Shown in pieces: positions 12,689-23,816 of a DNA stretch of 64,000 nt. The notes under the pieces are model-generated. The model saw nothing but the letters and a program-made list of their open reading frames with translations. It was not told the DNA's origin and searched no databases. The translations under genes and the position numbers were made by a program. Position 1 is the stretch's first letter. Every line of letters starts with the position of its first letter. This stretch comes from Glycera tridactyla. Lineage: Eukaryota. The stretch spans positions 29,698,001 through 29,762,000 of the forward strand of contig OZ286466.1 in NCBI GenBank assembly GCA_965644265.1, given 5' to 3'.

Positions 12689-15318
12689 TGTTGAATAGAA
12701 AATACGGTACGGTTTTGGAAAAAAGTGATGAGGCAAGGCTGCCAAAGATGTGCAGGTACAGTGCAAGCATTCACGGTGATAAAAAGGTATCACACTAGAT
12801 TTACTATGAGGTTCAAACATGGCAAATCAAATTTGACAGTCAACGGGTTAAATTCTTTGAAGGTGGCCCCTTCAAGCAGCCCTGACAGACTGGTTCAAAG
12901 AACGCAAGGTTTGCATCGATATATTCGTGCCATGTCGCTATTCGATACAATGTCGGCGTGTTGCCAGCGATACCATTACGCCGCATGATGCAGCTGTCAG
13001 CGTGCACCGTTTTTCTAATAATTCACTACAAATCTTGTTACGGATATCAATAATATCGCTGTGCAATGCCTCGCACCTCCCAAGAATATACGAGCACCAA
13101 ATGAGACGGCCTATATTGCAGAAGAATTTTTATGCCGTCTGTCGTAAGATTGATTCGGCAGCAATATATATCGGTGGGACGTCAACATCAGCAGAACTTG
13201 TAATGGATGATAATAATTCTCTGACGTGGAAACATGGTTTATGACTCGCATTTGTCGTTTGTCAATGACACCGATGGCGAATACAGGCGGTACTGCGCTC
13301 GGATGTGTGACACCTTTCAATATCTCATCCAACAAAAAAGAGAAAAGTAAAAGCAAAACAATATTTTTCTTACGTTTGCCGAAGTGCTATGACTCTTTTC
13401 CCCCTCAATGCACAAGTAAGGTCATTGCAGGTTGCTCACAAACAAAATTGAACACCTTCCATAAGAACCAAAAATATTTGTTCTACAATGGTTTGAGGGG
13501 TGCTTAGCAGAAGCCATACACATCACCATTGCTTAAGCATCTCTGAACCAAGACCAGGGGCTGCACCCTCTTGAGTACATATTGCAAGATCATAAGTTCA
13601 CATTACCTGTCAAAAACCTCACCCTCGCTTGATCTGGCAACCCAAAATCTTTGGATGGATCACTGTAAATTGCCAGCATTTGCCAGATCTCAGCCCTCAA
13701 AGGAGGGCAGTGAAGGAGTGTCCACATTTGAGACTATTTCTGACATGAAATAAGCCACGTTTCCACACTCTTCTCTTCACAGAACCGCATATTTGATTCT
13801 CGTTGAATGGCACTGGAGTGCGGGAGGGAGGGTTAAGCCTTCATGGATGTTGACTGGGTTCACTTTGACTCGGCAGTACAGAGAATGACCCGATGTTTGC
13901 TTTGCGTTAGCACCAACACGCTGCGTAGACATGAAAGCCAAACTAACCTCCTCACCACACATTTCAATCCCCCTCCGCTGGAAACCACCAAAGAAGAACA
14001 GACCAGCATCAAGACCATAAAAGGGGGCCACGAAATGTTCATACATGAATTGAGTACATTGAAAGGCACTTATTACATCCAAAATACACATGACTGATGT
14101 GCTGAAAAAATGCTAGTAATATAGGGCTTGAATGTGTGAATGTGCCTAGTATCAATGTGGTGGAGTTGGTCTAGAAACAGTCAGCCCTTTACTTGTACAA
14201 ATACGCTGCGAACTGTGTCAGCCCAAGCCACCTGAATTGTGTAAATCAGGGAGTGTTTGCACCAATCCATTTGTGGGATACAACCTACATGGTTCTAATC
14301 CCCCCAAGGTGACATGTGCGTGCGTGCTGCACGCACTCACAGACACACACACACAGTGGCGGATGGATATGAGGAAGGGAGGGCAGGAAGAATGAATGTT
14401 CAATTTTGGCCGATTCTCCATCTTCCTCCAGAGGAAATCTTGCAACTCGCACAAGAAAAAATATGTCATCCCCACTGAGGAATTCAAGATGGCTGCCGCT
14501 CATCACTCTGCTAAAATCACATTCAATTATGTATGTACTCTGGCGAAGGAAGTCATTAATAGAACCCTAATCTGAATATTCGATCCAGCATTAAACAGAT
14601 CAATCAAAAAGATCAATGTCGACTCATTAACAAGGGAAAATCATAAATATACTTGATTGTTTGGCCTCCGAAAGAGACGCCAGTTGCTATGGTGATGACC
14701 TCAGGGCAGAATTACAAACAGGCAAGCACACCACAATGGATGACGTTTGACAGGGAATGTTTGTAGAGCTGAAAATGAACAGGGCTGACAGGGCAGAAAC
14801 TTTGATGCTGTGCATTGGCATTTCATACCAGTGCACACATGAGAACATGACCAAATGGGAGATCAAAGAACGGCCAAGTTGAGTGTTCAGAGCATTGTTG
14901 CACTCCACGTGTATACACACAAACTGCCAAAAGCAGGAGGTCAAAAATCAAGCGCGAAGCCAACTCAAACCAACCAATCACCATGTCATGTTCCGAGGCA
15001 ACATTATTTACTGATCTATGGCACACCACAGTACCACTTACTGCTCAATTCTCCAAAATGGCAGGAAGATGACCACATTTATAGGCATTTATAGTTTTCA
15101 TCTGATGGAAAGTGCGTTGGTTAGCAATTTCTCGTTGGAATGAGACTTTTTCAAACTTCCAAACATCTGGAAAAAAAACTGTTCAAAAATGTTTCAGTTG
15201 AACTTGAAATATGAATGGCTATCTGCAACATCATGTTTCTACCTGATTTTTTTTCATGAACTGCTTGAGATTAGCTCAAACCAAGCTCTGGTTCAATGAC
15301 CTACATTGGTGATGGCAC

Positions 15319-15379
15319 AAACTAGGTCAGCTGAGGTCAGCTAGCAGGTCAGAAAGGATCCTCTAGAGCACTAGGGTCA
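15319..15379 (+). promoter_or_regulatory. cluster of nuclear-receptor half-sites (RORE-type plus perfect DR4)
   Basis: AGGTCA at 15324-29, 15334-39 and 15346-51, and GGGTCA at 15374-79. The first lies in aaactAGGTCA context; spacers are 4 and 6 nt. Motif match only. Confidence 0.35.
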
Positions 15380-16392
15380 GTCGACTGATTGAAAGCCATC
15401 TGAGGACGGTACCACAAGGTGCCATGGAACACATCTCATTTATTTCACAAGTCTCACTTCGCCGTTTAATCCCATTAAAGTTTCACAAGGTGCCGATTAA
15501 TCTCGCAAACATCATCGTGGTGAGATGCCATCCCAGCCCTCTGATTGGCTGAATGATGAAGTCTCTCTCGGCTGTATTTGATCTCATTAAAATGCCACCA
15601 GATGGCCAGATTTTGGCCCAGATCTTGATATATAGATGATGTTAGTTTCTCGATGGATATACAATGTTTGTTCTTTGACTGGTACACAGAGCTAGCTGAT
15701 TCAACCAGAATCCAGAATTCTCCATGCTGTGGGTAAACATGGGAGTATAAAAAATCAACATCGCCGCTGATACTCAAATTTTTATCAGAAAACCCAAAAA
15801 TTTGTTTGGTGTTGGAAAAAAAAGCAGGGTCACGTCCTCTGTTAGAGGAATGATCCTGTAATTTCTGAATGGCCATGTGTTCGTAACTCATGAATTGACG
15901 GAGGACCAACCAATGCACATTAGGCTTTGCTCAACCAATCAATGAGTGGGTAAAGAATTAACCAATAAGCAATCGCTCCAAGAAAGCACAATTGCTGATT
16001 GGTTTAGTACTGCACAACCACTCAATGAAAGTCATGATGAAAAGTGAAAGCAAGTGGCAGCCACTAAAAGGTGCATTTGTGCTGAGCGATAAATTTCAGT
16101 TGTACACGAGTCCAGTTTGTGTGGCCCTAACACCTCGTTATTCAGCGCATAAACCAACGCAATACCTGGGTGTGGTGCTGGATCAAACTGCCATCTATAT
16201 GCAGACTAGAGGATCATGTATGGAAATCCTACTTCGATGATATGCCACTCATAACGAATGCGACGTAAAACTTGAAGTTACTGATTTTATATATCGTCCG
16301 GCATTGAATCACCAACATAAGTCCCGAGAAAACAGTATGCAAATGACAAAATATGTCTCGAAGTATGTGTTTTGCATTGAAATAACTATAGA

Positions 16393-17076
16393 AACTAGAG
16401 CTTTGTCACAGAGGTAACTAAAAATACCCCCGCCGCCATATGACACAGACTGTCCGCAATATGGCCAAGGGACAGCAGACCTGTCAAACCAAAAAGTGGC
16501 CTTTTCAGACAGGTGGATTTTATAGAGGTCATTAACTGTTGAGATTATTATTACAGTCGCAGCTGTGGTAGCTCAGGTGGCCTTTATAGTCTGGTGGTCT
16601 TTATAGAGAGGGGGTCTCTTGAGCAGGTTTGACTGTGTGTGTGTGGGGGGGGGGGCGGGGGGGGGGGTTGAGGGAGCAAAGGATTAAATGGGGTCATATA
16701 TAGAAGAGCAACAAAACCATGTCTATTACGGAGAATGTTACATAACCATGAAAGGGAAGCCAAGGGCAGTGTGAGAGGCCTTAATAAGCCTTGTTGATTT
16801 CCGGCTGACTCAGATTCCAAACTTACAGATACAACTGAACACACAAATACAAAAAATCTTCTTTTTCCTCAAATAACTCTGGAATGACTGGATCAATCTG
16901 CACGAAAATTATGTCTTGCACATCTACATTTCATGGTGATGACATATGCCAAGTATCAATCCAATAGCTTCAGAATTCTGGGAGTAGTTCACAGGACTGA
17001 CCAACCGACTGACCGACCGACCAACAGAGTGACTCCAGTATACCCCCTTCCAAACTTCGTTTGGGCAGGGGTATAA
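16393..17076 (+). mobile_element. Helentron/HINE (DINE-1/pearl-like) non-autonomous element
   Basis: 5' end aactagagctttgtcacaga...tacccccgc. ACCG/ACTG tetranucleotide tract at about 16995-17027. 3' terminal palindrome tataccccc-ttccaaacttcgtttgggc-aggggtataa. Sub-terminal inverted repeat tacccccgc / gcaggggta. Confidence 0.7.
16445..16635. mobile_element. pogo/Tigger-like CAGT MITE nested inside the HINE element
   Basis: Right TIR gagcaggtttgactg ends at 16635. Internal aagtggcc/caggtgg motifs match the 50236 copy; the left end is degraded. Confidence 0.65.
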
Positions 17077-17443
17077 CAATGTTGTGAGTGGTATACCCGA
17101 AACGCAGATAACATTAGATATAACTTGATGCAAATTACAAAGTAAGGGTCACAAACCCAAGAGATTTCATAACTTCATGCCCTTGTCAAAAAGCGCCAAT
17201 GAGACTGACCACAATTTTGAGAAAATGGTTCGCTTTCCTGAAATTACTTCACCATCATCTCAAAACTATTAGTTTTTGAACTTAAAATCATAAATTCCAT
17301 CCAAAAAGTTCAGGAAACTTGTCATCACTGCAGAAGCATAAAGCAAATGCACTAAGTTCAAATTTGTGATGATCAGATTTTGGGGCAACTATTCCAGTCA
17401 TGTGATCCTGATATTGAGATGACAGAATTCTACCATCACTTCT

Positions 17444-17655
17444 CAGGGCTCTACGTTAACTTTTTTCTTCAGCTGTCCTTCGGGCAGGTGAGGTAGAATA
17501 TTTTCCTGCCCTCCCTATCATTTCCACCTGCCCTCCTGCATATAGTCATTTGGTTTGGTACCTGGGCATTGGGCAGGCAGATTGATAAAATCACCTACTC
17601 TAACAGCAAATCTATCTGCTTGTGCCAGTAGGGCAACCATTAGCATAGAGCCCTG
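17444..17655. mobile_element. complete CAGGG hAT-like MITE (212 bp) with 5-bp TSD
   Basis: TIR cagggctctacgttaa versus reverse complement cagggctctatgctaa (14/16). cttct is duplicated at 17439-43 and 17656-60. Internal cctgccc/gggcagg repeats. Confidence 0.85.
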
Positions 17656-19072
17656 CTTCTACCATTTAGTTTAGTAACGGAACGATTTAATCCTGAGGGT
17701 TGGATCCCTATGTAGATTATACCAACACTGGCTCATCTCTTGGAACTGATGCTGCAATAGGCGCATAAACCACGCAAAAGATTAGAGTCTCGTCTAACTG
17801 CATTCGCTCCCGCTCATCTCGATGATGCCACGTCAAAACGGAAAATCTAAATTGAAATCGGGAGAGATGACACGCTTATAATTCGCAGGCCGACAATGAG
17901 ACATCCTTATCAATCAACTGAGACCGCCATGCACGCTGCGTTTCATTTACATTTTGATTAATTCTGTATTTACACGTCATATTAAAATACATATCGTGTA
18001 GGCAGATCGGCAAGTATAGCGCGGCACACGGAACATGAGATCAGAATGCTGGCAGCTTGGAGTTGACAGTTGATTCATCCATTGTGCATGCACCTATGGC
18101 TGAGGGAAAACTGAGCAAACCTGTCCAGAGTTTAAAGGAATACTAACTTCCGATGACTAAGAATAGTATTAACACCAGAAAAGAGACTAATTTGACCCAT
18201 TTTAATCAGAGTACTACATGGGCAGCATTGCTACATCATGAGATGTCCTCAAGCGTGAAAACATGTAGTCACGCATGTGTCCATTTTCCACTTACATATC
18301 ACACATGGTTGGTTGCATGACCCAACTTAAAAACCATTAGATATTTTACTGGTGACCATGAAACCAGTAGCTCCCAAATAAATCTCAGATTGAGATTTAA
18401 ACAAGTCCTTTAAAAAAGAAGATGAGGACTGGAAATAAATACTGGGCATGAGAAAGTGATCACATTTGCTAGAAAAGATTTCATCACCATGATGAGAGAA
18501 GTTTTAGTCTTCACATTTTTCACAACAACAGAAGACCACTGGCCATTAACATGGCACAAGAAACATGCACACTGTATCCATGTCATCACAGCCGCTCAGC
18601 GATGACTTTGTAGACTTGGTAGACATTTTTACTCTTGGTGGAGCAGGACCACCGGAATGAACGAGCTTGTATCAATCTCTCATCTCCATGGCAACCTGCT
18701 AGTCTACGAATCACTTTATTTTGTAAAAATCGATAATCGTCCCTCTAACATGCACAACTAAATGAAAAGTTATGGCATAAACTAAGGAATGGCATTCTCC
18801 ATTCTCTGGTAATTTAATCAGTGCGCAACATCGACAACGACAACACGCGTCTCCAGTTAGCGGGATAAGCAGATGAAATGATAGGGGACCCATCTCGCCC
18901 AACTGCACTCATTCCTGGTCTGAACAGATCCTAACATGTCCTGGAGCAAGCCAAAAAAACTCTTATTATGTCCCTGAACAAGTGGAAAATAACCTCAAAA
19001 TGTCCTGGGGCAAGATGGAGAAATAGCAGTCGCAACTCCAAAATCAAGATGGTTCACATCTCTACAAGAGAT

Positions 19073-19087
19073 CCCCCCCCCCCCCCC
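19073..19087. repeat. poly-C run
   Basis: 15 consecutive C. Confidence 0.95.
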
Positions 19088-19645
19088 TCTTCTTCATCTG
19101 ATGCGTCTGCAATGCACTAGCCCCTTTTAGGGTGACGTGGTCTCTCTTTGTAGGTTTCACTGTATAGTCAAATGGACACTAGATCTGGCTGCAGTTGCAT
19201 GGATTCCAAGGTAAAATGGCGCACACAGCTCAGCTCTAACCTAGCAGAGTGTTCGGACTTGTCAACATTTTTTTGTGTCAGTTTGAAGCTATTCCAACTC
19301 CGCCTTTTCGCCGTTGTGATATATACCAGTACCAACGCCCTTTTCAAATCAGATCCAATGCAATTGATGGCGATGCATCTGATTTCACAAATCACATCAC
19401 TGGCACGAAACCAACCAATGAACAAACAGGCAGGTCACTGGCACTGAAATCTGACGGGCCAGCACACGACTGCCTGCCTGCCTGCCTGCCTGCCTGCCCC
19501 TCATCACATACAATAGTCAACAAATATGAGCAGCCATCGATCATCCATGGAAACCCACTGCCCAGGTTGGAATAACAACGTTCATTCCGCAAACCTCATA
19601 ACACATTATTGCGCCTAAATTTCAAGAAGAAACAATTTTCATCTA

Positions 19646-20327
19646 CCATATATACTGGCGTATAAGTCGAGTTTTTTTCCCAAAATCCAAGCCAAAAACA
19701 AGAGGGTCAACTTATATGCCCGATATGAAGGAAAATAAAGATTTTTCGAACCAAACATGCTCGATCGGCTGCTGACAACGTTGTTTCCCTCAAATCCTGA
19801 GCTCGAAAATGGCCAGAATACACCCGGATGTGAATAAATAATACCAAACACAAAAATGATGACTATTTGCGTAATTGATGATCGTTTCTGGTAAAATTCT
19901 GATGATTTCGCCATAAACGAGATGAAAACATTAGACGTAAACAAGAAATCAAGAAAGTTCCGCCATCTCGAGCGGACGATAAGGTCAAGGCCGTATGCTA
20001 ATTAGGTATTCTGGTTCCAAATCGCTATCAAACATACATGGATATTCAGCGTTGATACGTGTCTTCAGTGGCTGGAAGCATCTAATCATGGATTAGACTC
20101 GTGAATTATCGATGTATAAAGGTGTGAACGACTTGACAAAAGCCGGGGTAAGGCGTCAATTGGCTTCCCTCAGTGGTTGATGTGTCGTTCCTCGTTGGTC
20201 TTTTCGCCAATATTCACGATGTTCGAGCAAGACTTATATACAAGAAATTGACTAAATCCCGACTTTTGGAGGCGAAATTGGGGGGTCGACTTATACCTCA
20301 AGTCGACTTATATGCCAGAATATACGG
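19646..20327. mobile_element. Tc2/pogo-like non-autonomous element (682 bp)
   Basis: TA TSD at 19644-45 and 20328-29. 27-bp TIR ccatatatactggcgtataagtcgagt versus reverse complement ccgtatattctggcatataagtcgact (23/27). Sub-terminal (g)acttata repeats. Confidence 0.85.
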
Positions 20328-20487
20328 TACTAATAGAAAATCCAGACTATGTTGATACTGTGATGCCGATGAGATGAAGACAAATACATGGAAAGATGAC
20401 TGAAGTTTTTCAAAATATCACCACATATTCTCCAATTGCCAGATTGTGACTCTTCTTTTAGAAGTAATTTCTTGTTTTTCAATTAGT

Positions 20488-20573
20488 TGCTTAGGACAGG
20501 TGGTTGTTTGCTATGCATCAAGTTGGGATGAAGGATAACCAAGCAGGAAATCCATGAGAGGCAGGTTCAACTG
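20488..20573. mobile_element. right-end remnant of CAGT MITE
   Basis: tgcttaggacaggtgg matches the 12138 copy; caggttcaactg ends at 20573. Confidence 0.4.
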
Positions 20574-20761
20574 TCATTATTTTTCATTCGCAACAAAGAT
20601 GATTACTCACCCATCCCTGAGAGTGATGACCAAAAGAAATGCATTCTCACCTGTAACACAGAAAAAAACCAGAACAATTAACTCCAGATCACAGGGATTA
20701 AATGGATGGCAGGAGAAAATACAAAACATTCATGAGCACATTCTCATGTGGGCAAAAACAT

Positions 20762-20762
<1 letters not shown>

Positions 20763-20807
<45 letters not shown>
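20763..20807. repeat. (CA)n microsatellite
   Basis: About 22 CA units. Confidence 0.97.
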
Positions 20808-20809
<2 letters not shown>

Positions 20810-21376
20810 CCGGCCCGCTAGAGATGGCATACTTATCCAGTGCAAATCACAGACTCAAGATGGAATATGAGAAATTTGACAATGATGAAATTCTCTCAAA
20901 TCATTGCATTTTTTTTTGGTCAATGACTGCAACTTTCCCAACAATTACTGTCCGTTTCAAGAACAGGAACATTTGCATGTCTCAAGTAGCATGAATTCTA
21001 ACTTGGTATACTTTGATTTTGTAACTCAGATCACACTTGTATGTGTCTACATATATTTGGCCAAGTTAGCAGGGCCTCTAAATCGCTATGAATAACCTAA
21101 ATAATGAGGCATTGAGCAAATGAAGAGCGAGTGGTTGACCATCTCTGTGCATATCATTGTGCCTAGACGCAGATCTGATTTCGTTGCCGAAGCCATCTTG
21201 GCGACACATTTCTGTGCTTGTGCTGTAATCTAGTCCGTCAATAGATGTATGTAATCTGAGTGCCGACTACGACGACGAGAACGAGAACGACTAGAGACCG
21301 AGACATAGCCAATGCTCCGCCAGTGCTAGGTTGGAGAGAACCCACTCTGACACAAACACAAACACCACAAACACCA

Positions 21377-21380
<4 letters not shown>

Positions 21381-21454
<74 letters not shown>

Positions 21455-21461
21455 AAAAAAA
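21381..21461. repeat. (CA)n microsatellite followed by an A-run
   Basis: About 35 CA units then about 12 A. Confidence 0.97.
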
Positions 21462-22627
21462 TGGAAACCGATGAGAAGACAAGAGACATGAAATATGATC
21501 ATCTTTTCTTTGCCCGCTTTTCTTTGCCAACGAGTGCCATTTACAGCTAATTTTCAACATGTTGAGACATGGCAACCATGAGTCATGAATGGTGATTGGT
21601 GAAAAGAAACTCAAGAGCACTTAGTCTGTCCTTCTTTCAAGTTAACAAGGTGGAGGAGCCTTGAAACCGGAGTATGTCAACCGTCAACCACCATTATGTT
21701 AATTACATTGTATACCCTGATATGCAATTTCTGACCGGATATAAGTAAAAATGTGCCGCTTGGGTACTTAACCTGCTTCTCTGTGTCACTATGTGGAAGT
21801 CGGTCCCTAACAGATACCAGACTTTTTTATGAAATGGACATGTCAGTTTAGCACAGGTCACAAACACAGATTGCCAACTATTGGGCTGTAGATGACCAAC
21901 TCATCCTTCACCCTGCTTCAGGCAGGTCATACAAAACACAGAGCCCTATACAGCAAACTAGCATTTTATAATCTATCTATCGGGAAAATTCATCCAGGTG
22001 AAGTGAAAATGGAATACCGCTAGTTTGCCAAACTAGTATTTCTCTACAGAATAGGAACAAACAACCATAGCGCATTTGGAAAATTCCTCTTAAATCTAAC
22101 TCGTTTTGAAATAATTTTAACGTTTTTAGCGCAGTCGGATTCGCAGCAAGTCGGTCATGCAATCAAAAGAGATGGCACACGGAGAGGATTGCGGCCGATT
22201 CGGGGATGCGATCACATTAATTGAGTTTGCGGTTAGATTAGCATAAGACGCCGCTGAGCTAGACAGCTGTCGCTCAAACTTAAGCGATTGCGCGCGTCAA
22301 GCGGAAGGAGGCTACGACAAGCTACCCAAGCTATCGCCAATGGATGTCTTATGCTGATGATGAATTTCCGGCCAGTATATGCGCTGAGTAATTAGACGGG
22401 TTGTTGCTCACACTTAGGAACACAGTGCATTTCCTGCTGCTACAGCTTGGGCCATAAAATGACATACCTGTCCCGCTGACCAAGTGACACAGTCCTCCGG
22501 ATGCAGACGGCTATATCAAGACGTGTATCCCACGAAAGGGATGTGACGGGTGACTAGCAAGAAACCAACTGGGTGGGTACCAGAACAATTTGGGTCGGCA
22601 TCCACGAACCATGGCACACCTGTGACT

Positions 22628-23010
22628 TGGTTGGTTGGTTGGTTGATTGATTGATTGAGTTTGAATAACATGTATCAAACCGAGAAACTATATTTGCTGC
22701 GTTCCAGGTCTAAAACTGGATGCTCTGGCACCAGTGAAACAGGGACCAGTGCTCTGGCACCAGTAAAACAGGGACCAGTGCTCACCAAACATGACAGACC
22801 TGTGATTGGTTGGTTGATTGTTGTCTCATGGACACTGAACATTGGACGATTTGGTTGTTCTTTAGCAGCATCAAAGACTTTATATTGTTATAAGGTCTTT
22901 GACAGCATGTACCAAACCATGGGATTATGTACACAGTGCATTTCTGATCCATGAAAGCTGGATGCTCTATCCCCCCTGCAGGACCACTCTCACAGACCTG
23001 AACCTAAGAT
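22628..23010 (+). repeat. two adjacent copies of a dispersed repeat family (here R1), including a 29-bp tandem duplication
   Basis: (GGTT)n(GATT)n head then gttt-aacagcatgtatcaa...gaaagctggatgctct...cccctgcagg-cactctcaca-acctgaac, shared with 28862-29390, 32710-32770 and 56545-56582. tgctctggcaccagt(g/a)aaacagggaccag occurs twice at about 22722-22785. Confidence 0.75.
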
Positions 23011-23730
23011 GGTCAAGAGCAAGAAAGGTCTCAAAAAGCGCCTGGTGAACATTTCAGATATACCCCCAACTGATACATGGGACTGATTCACAGATTGTCA
23101 TGCCATGGTACAAAGGACAAGCATGATCACATGTGATACAGGGAATGAGGCTGTGTGCTGAATATTTTTTAAAGGCTTAGCCTGCAGAAATCCCGGCACA
23201 TCGATACATCTCCCCTCCGTTAATGAGTAAAGCTCTCTATCTAATGACAGTCGGAGGTAGAAATGTCCATGGTGTTAGCAAGAACATTAGCGACTGTCTA
23301 GTTAAATTTGCCGCGTAATCAGCAAGCAAATGAGGTAAATACGGGCATAATCTGCTCATCGTGGACTCGGCGTGCTGCCGCTAATATAAACCAATGAGTG
23401 TACCTCCTGTATGTCGATCACAAGGGGACGACATACATACAAGCTGGTTTCAGATCATACTCACCCCGTGCCAGGAAAATAATATCAGACTGGGTGACTT
23501 CTCCCCTGATCGGGAAACTTAAGGCTCACCTAAATGGCCCAGTATCCTAACCTACCCTACCTGAAAACCAATGAGCTTCTACATTCCCAATGGTTTTTGA
23601 AGTGACATAGATTTTGACAACTGGCTTCAATGGTGCAAGAACCCACCTGGGGTTCAACCAAGCCAGAATGGGCACTAGATCAGTGCCAAGCCAATGCTGA
23701 CAAGCATGGCACTGGACTGCCCCCACACAA

Positions 23731-23749
23731 TGTGTGTGTGTGTGTGTGT

Positions 23750-23808
<59 letters not shown>
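23731..23808. repeat. (TG)n microsatellite
   Basis: About 39 units with one TA interruption. Confidence 0.97.

Positions 23809-23816
<8 letters not shown>

Noticed and set aside
15356-15368. GGATCCTCTAGAG, identical to part of the pUC polylinker
   Set aside because: Flanks are not vector sequence; a 13-bp coincidence.
18131-18414. Possible Kolobok-like element (TTAA|AGGA...TCCT|TTAA)
   Set aside because: Only 4 bp of terminal inverted match.
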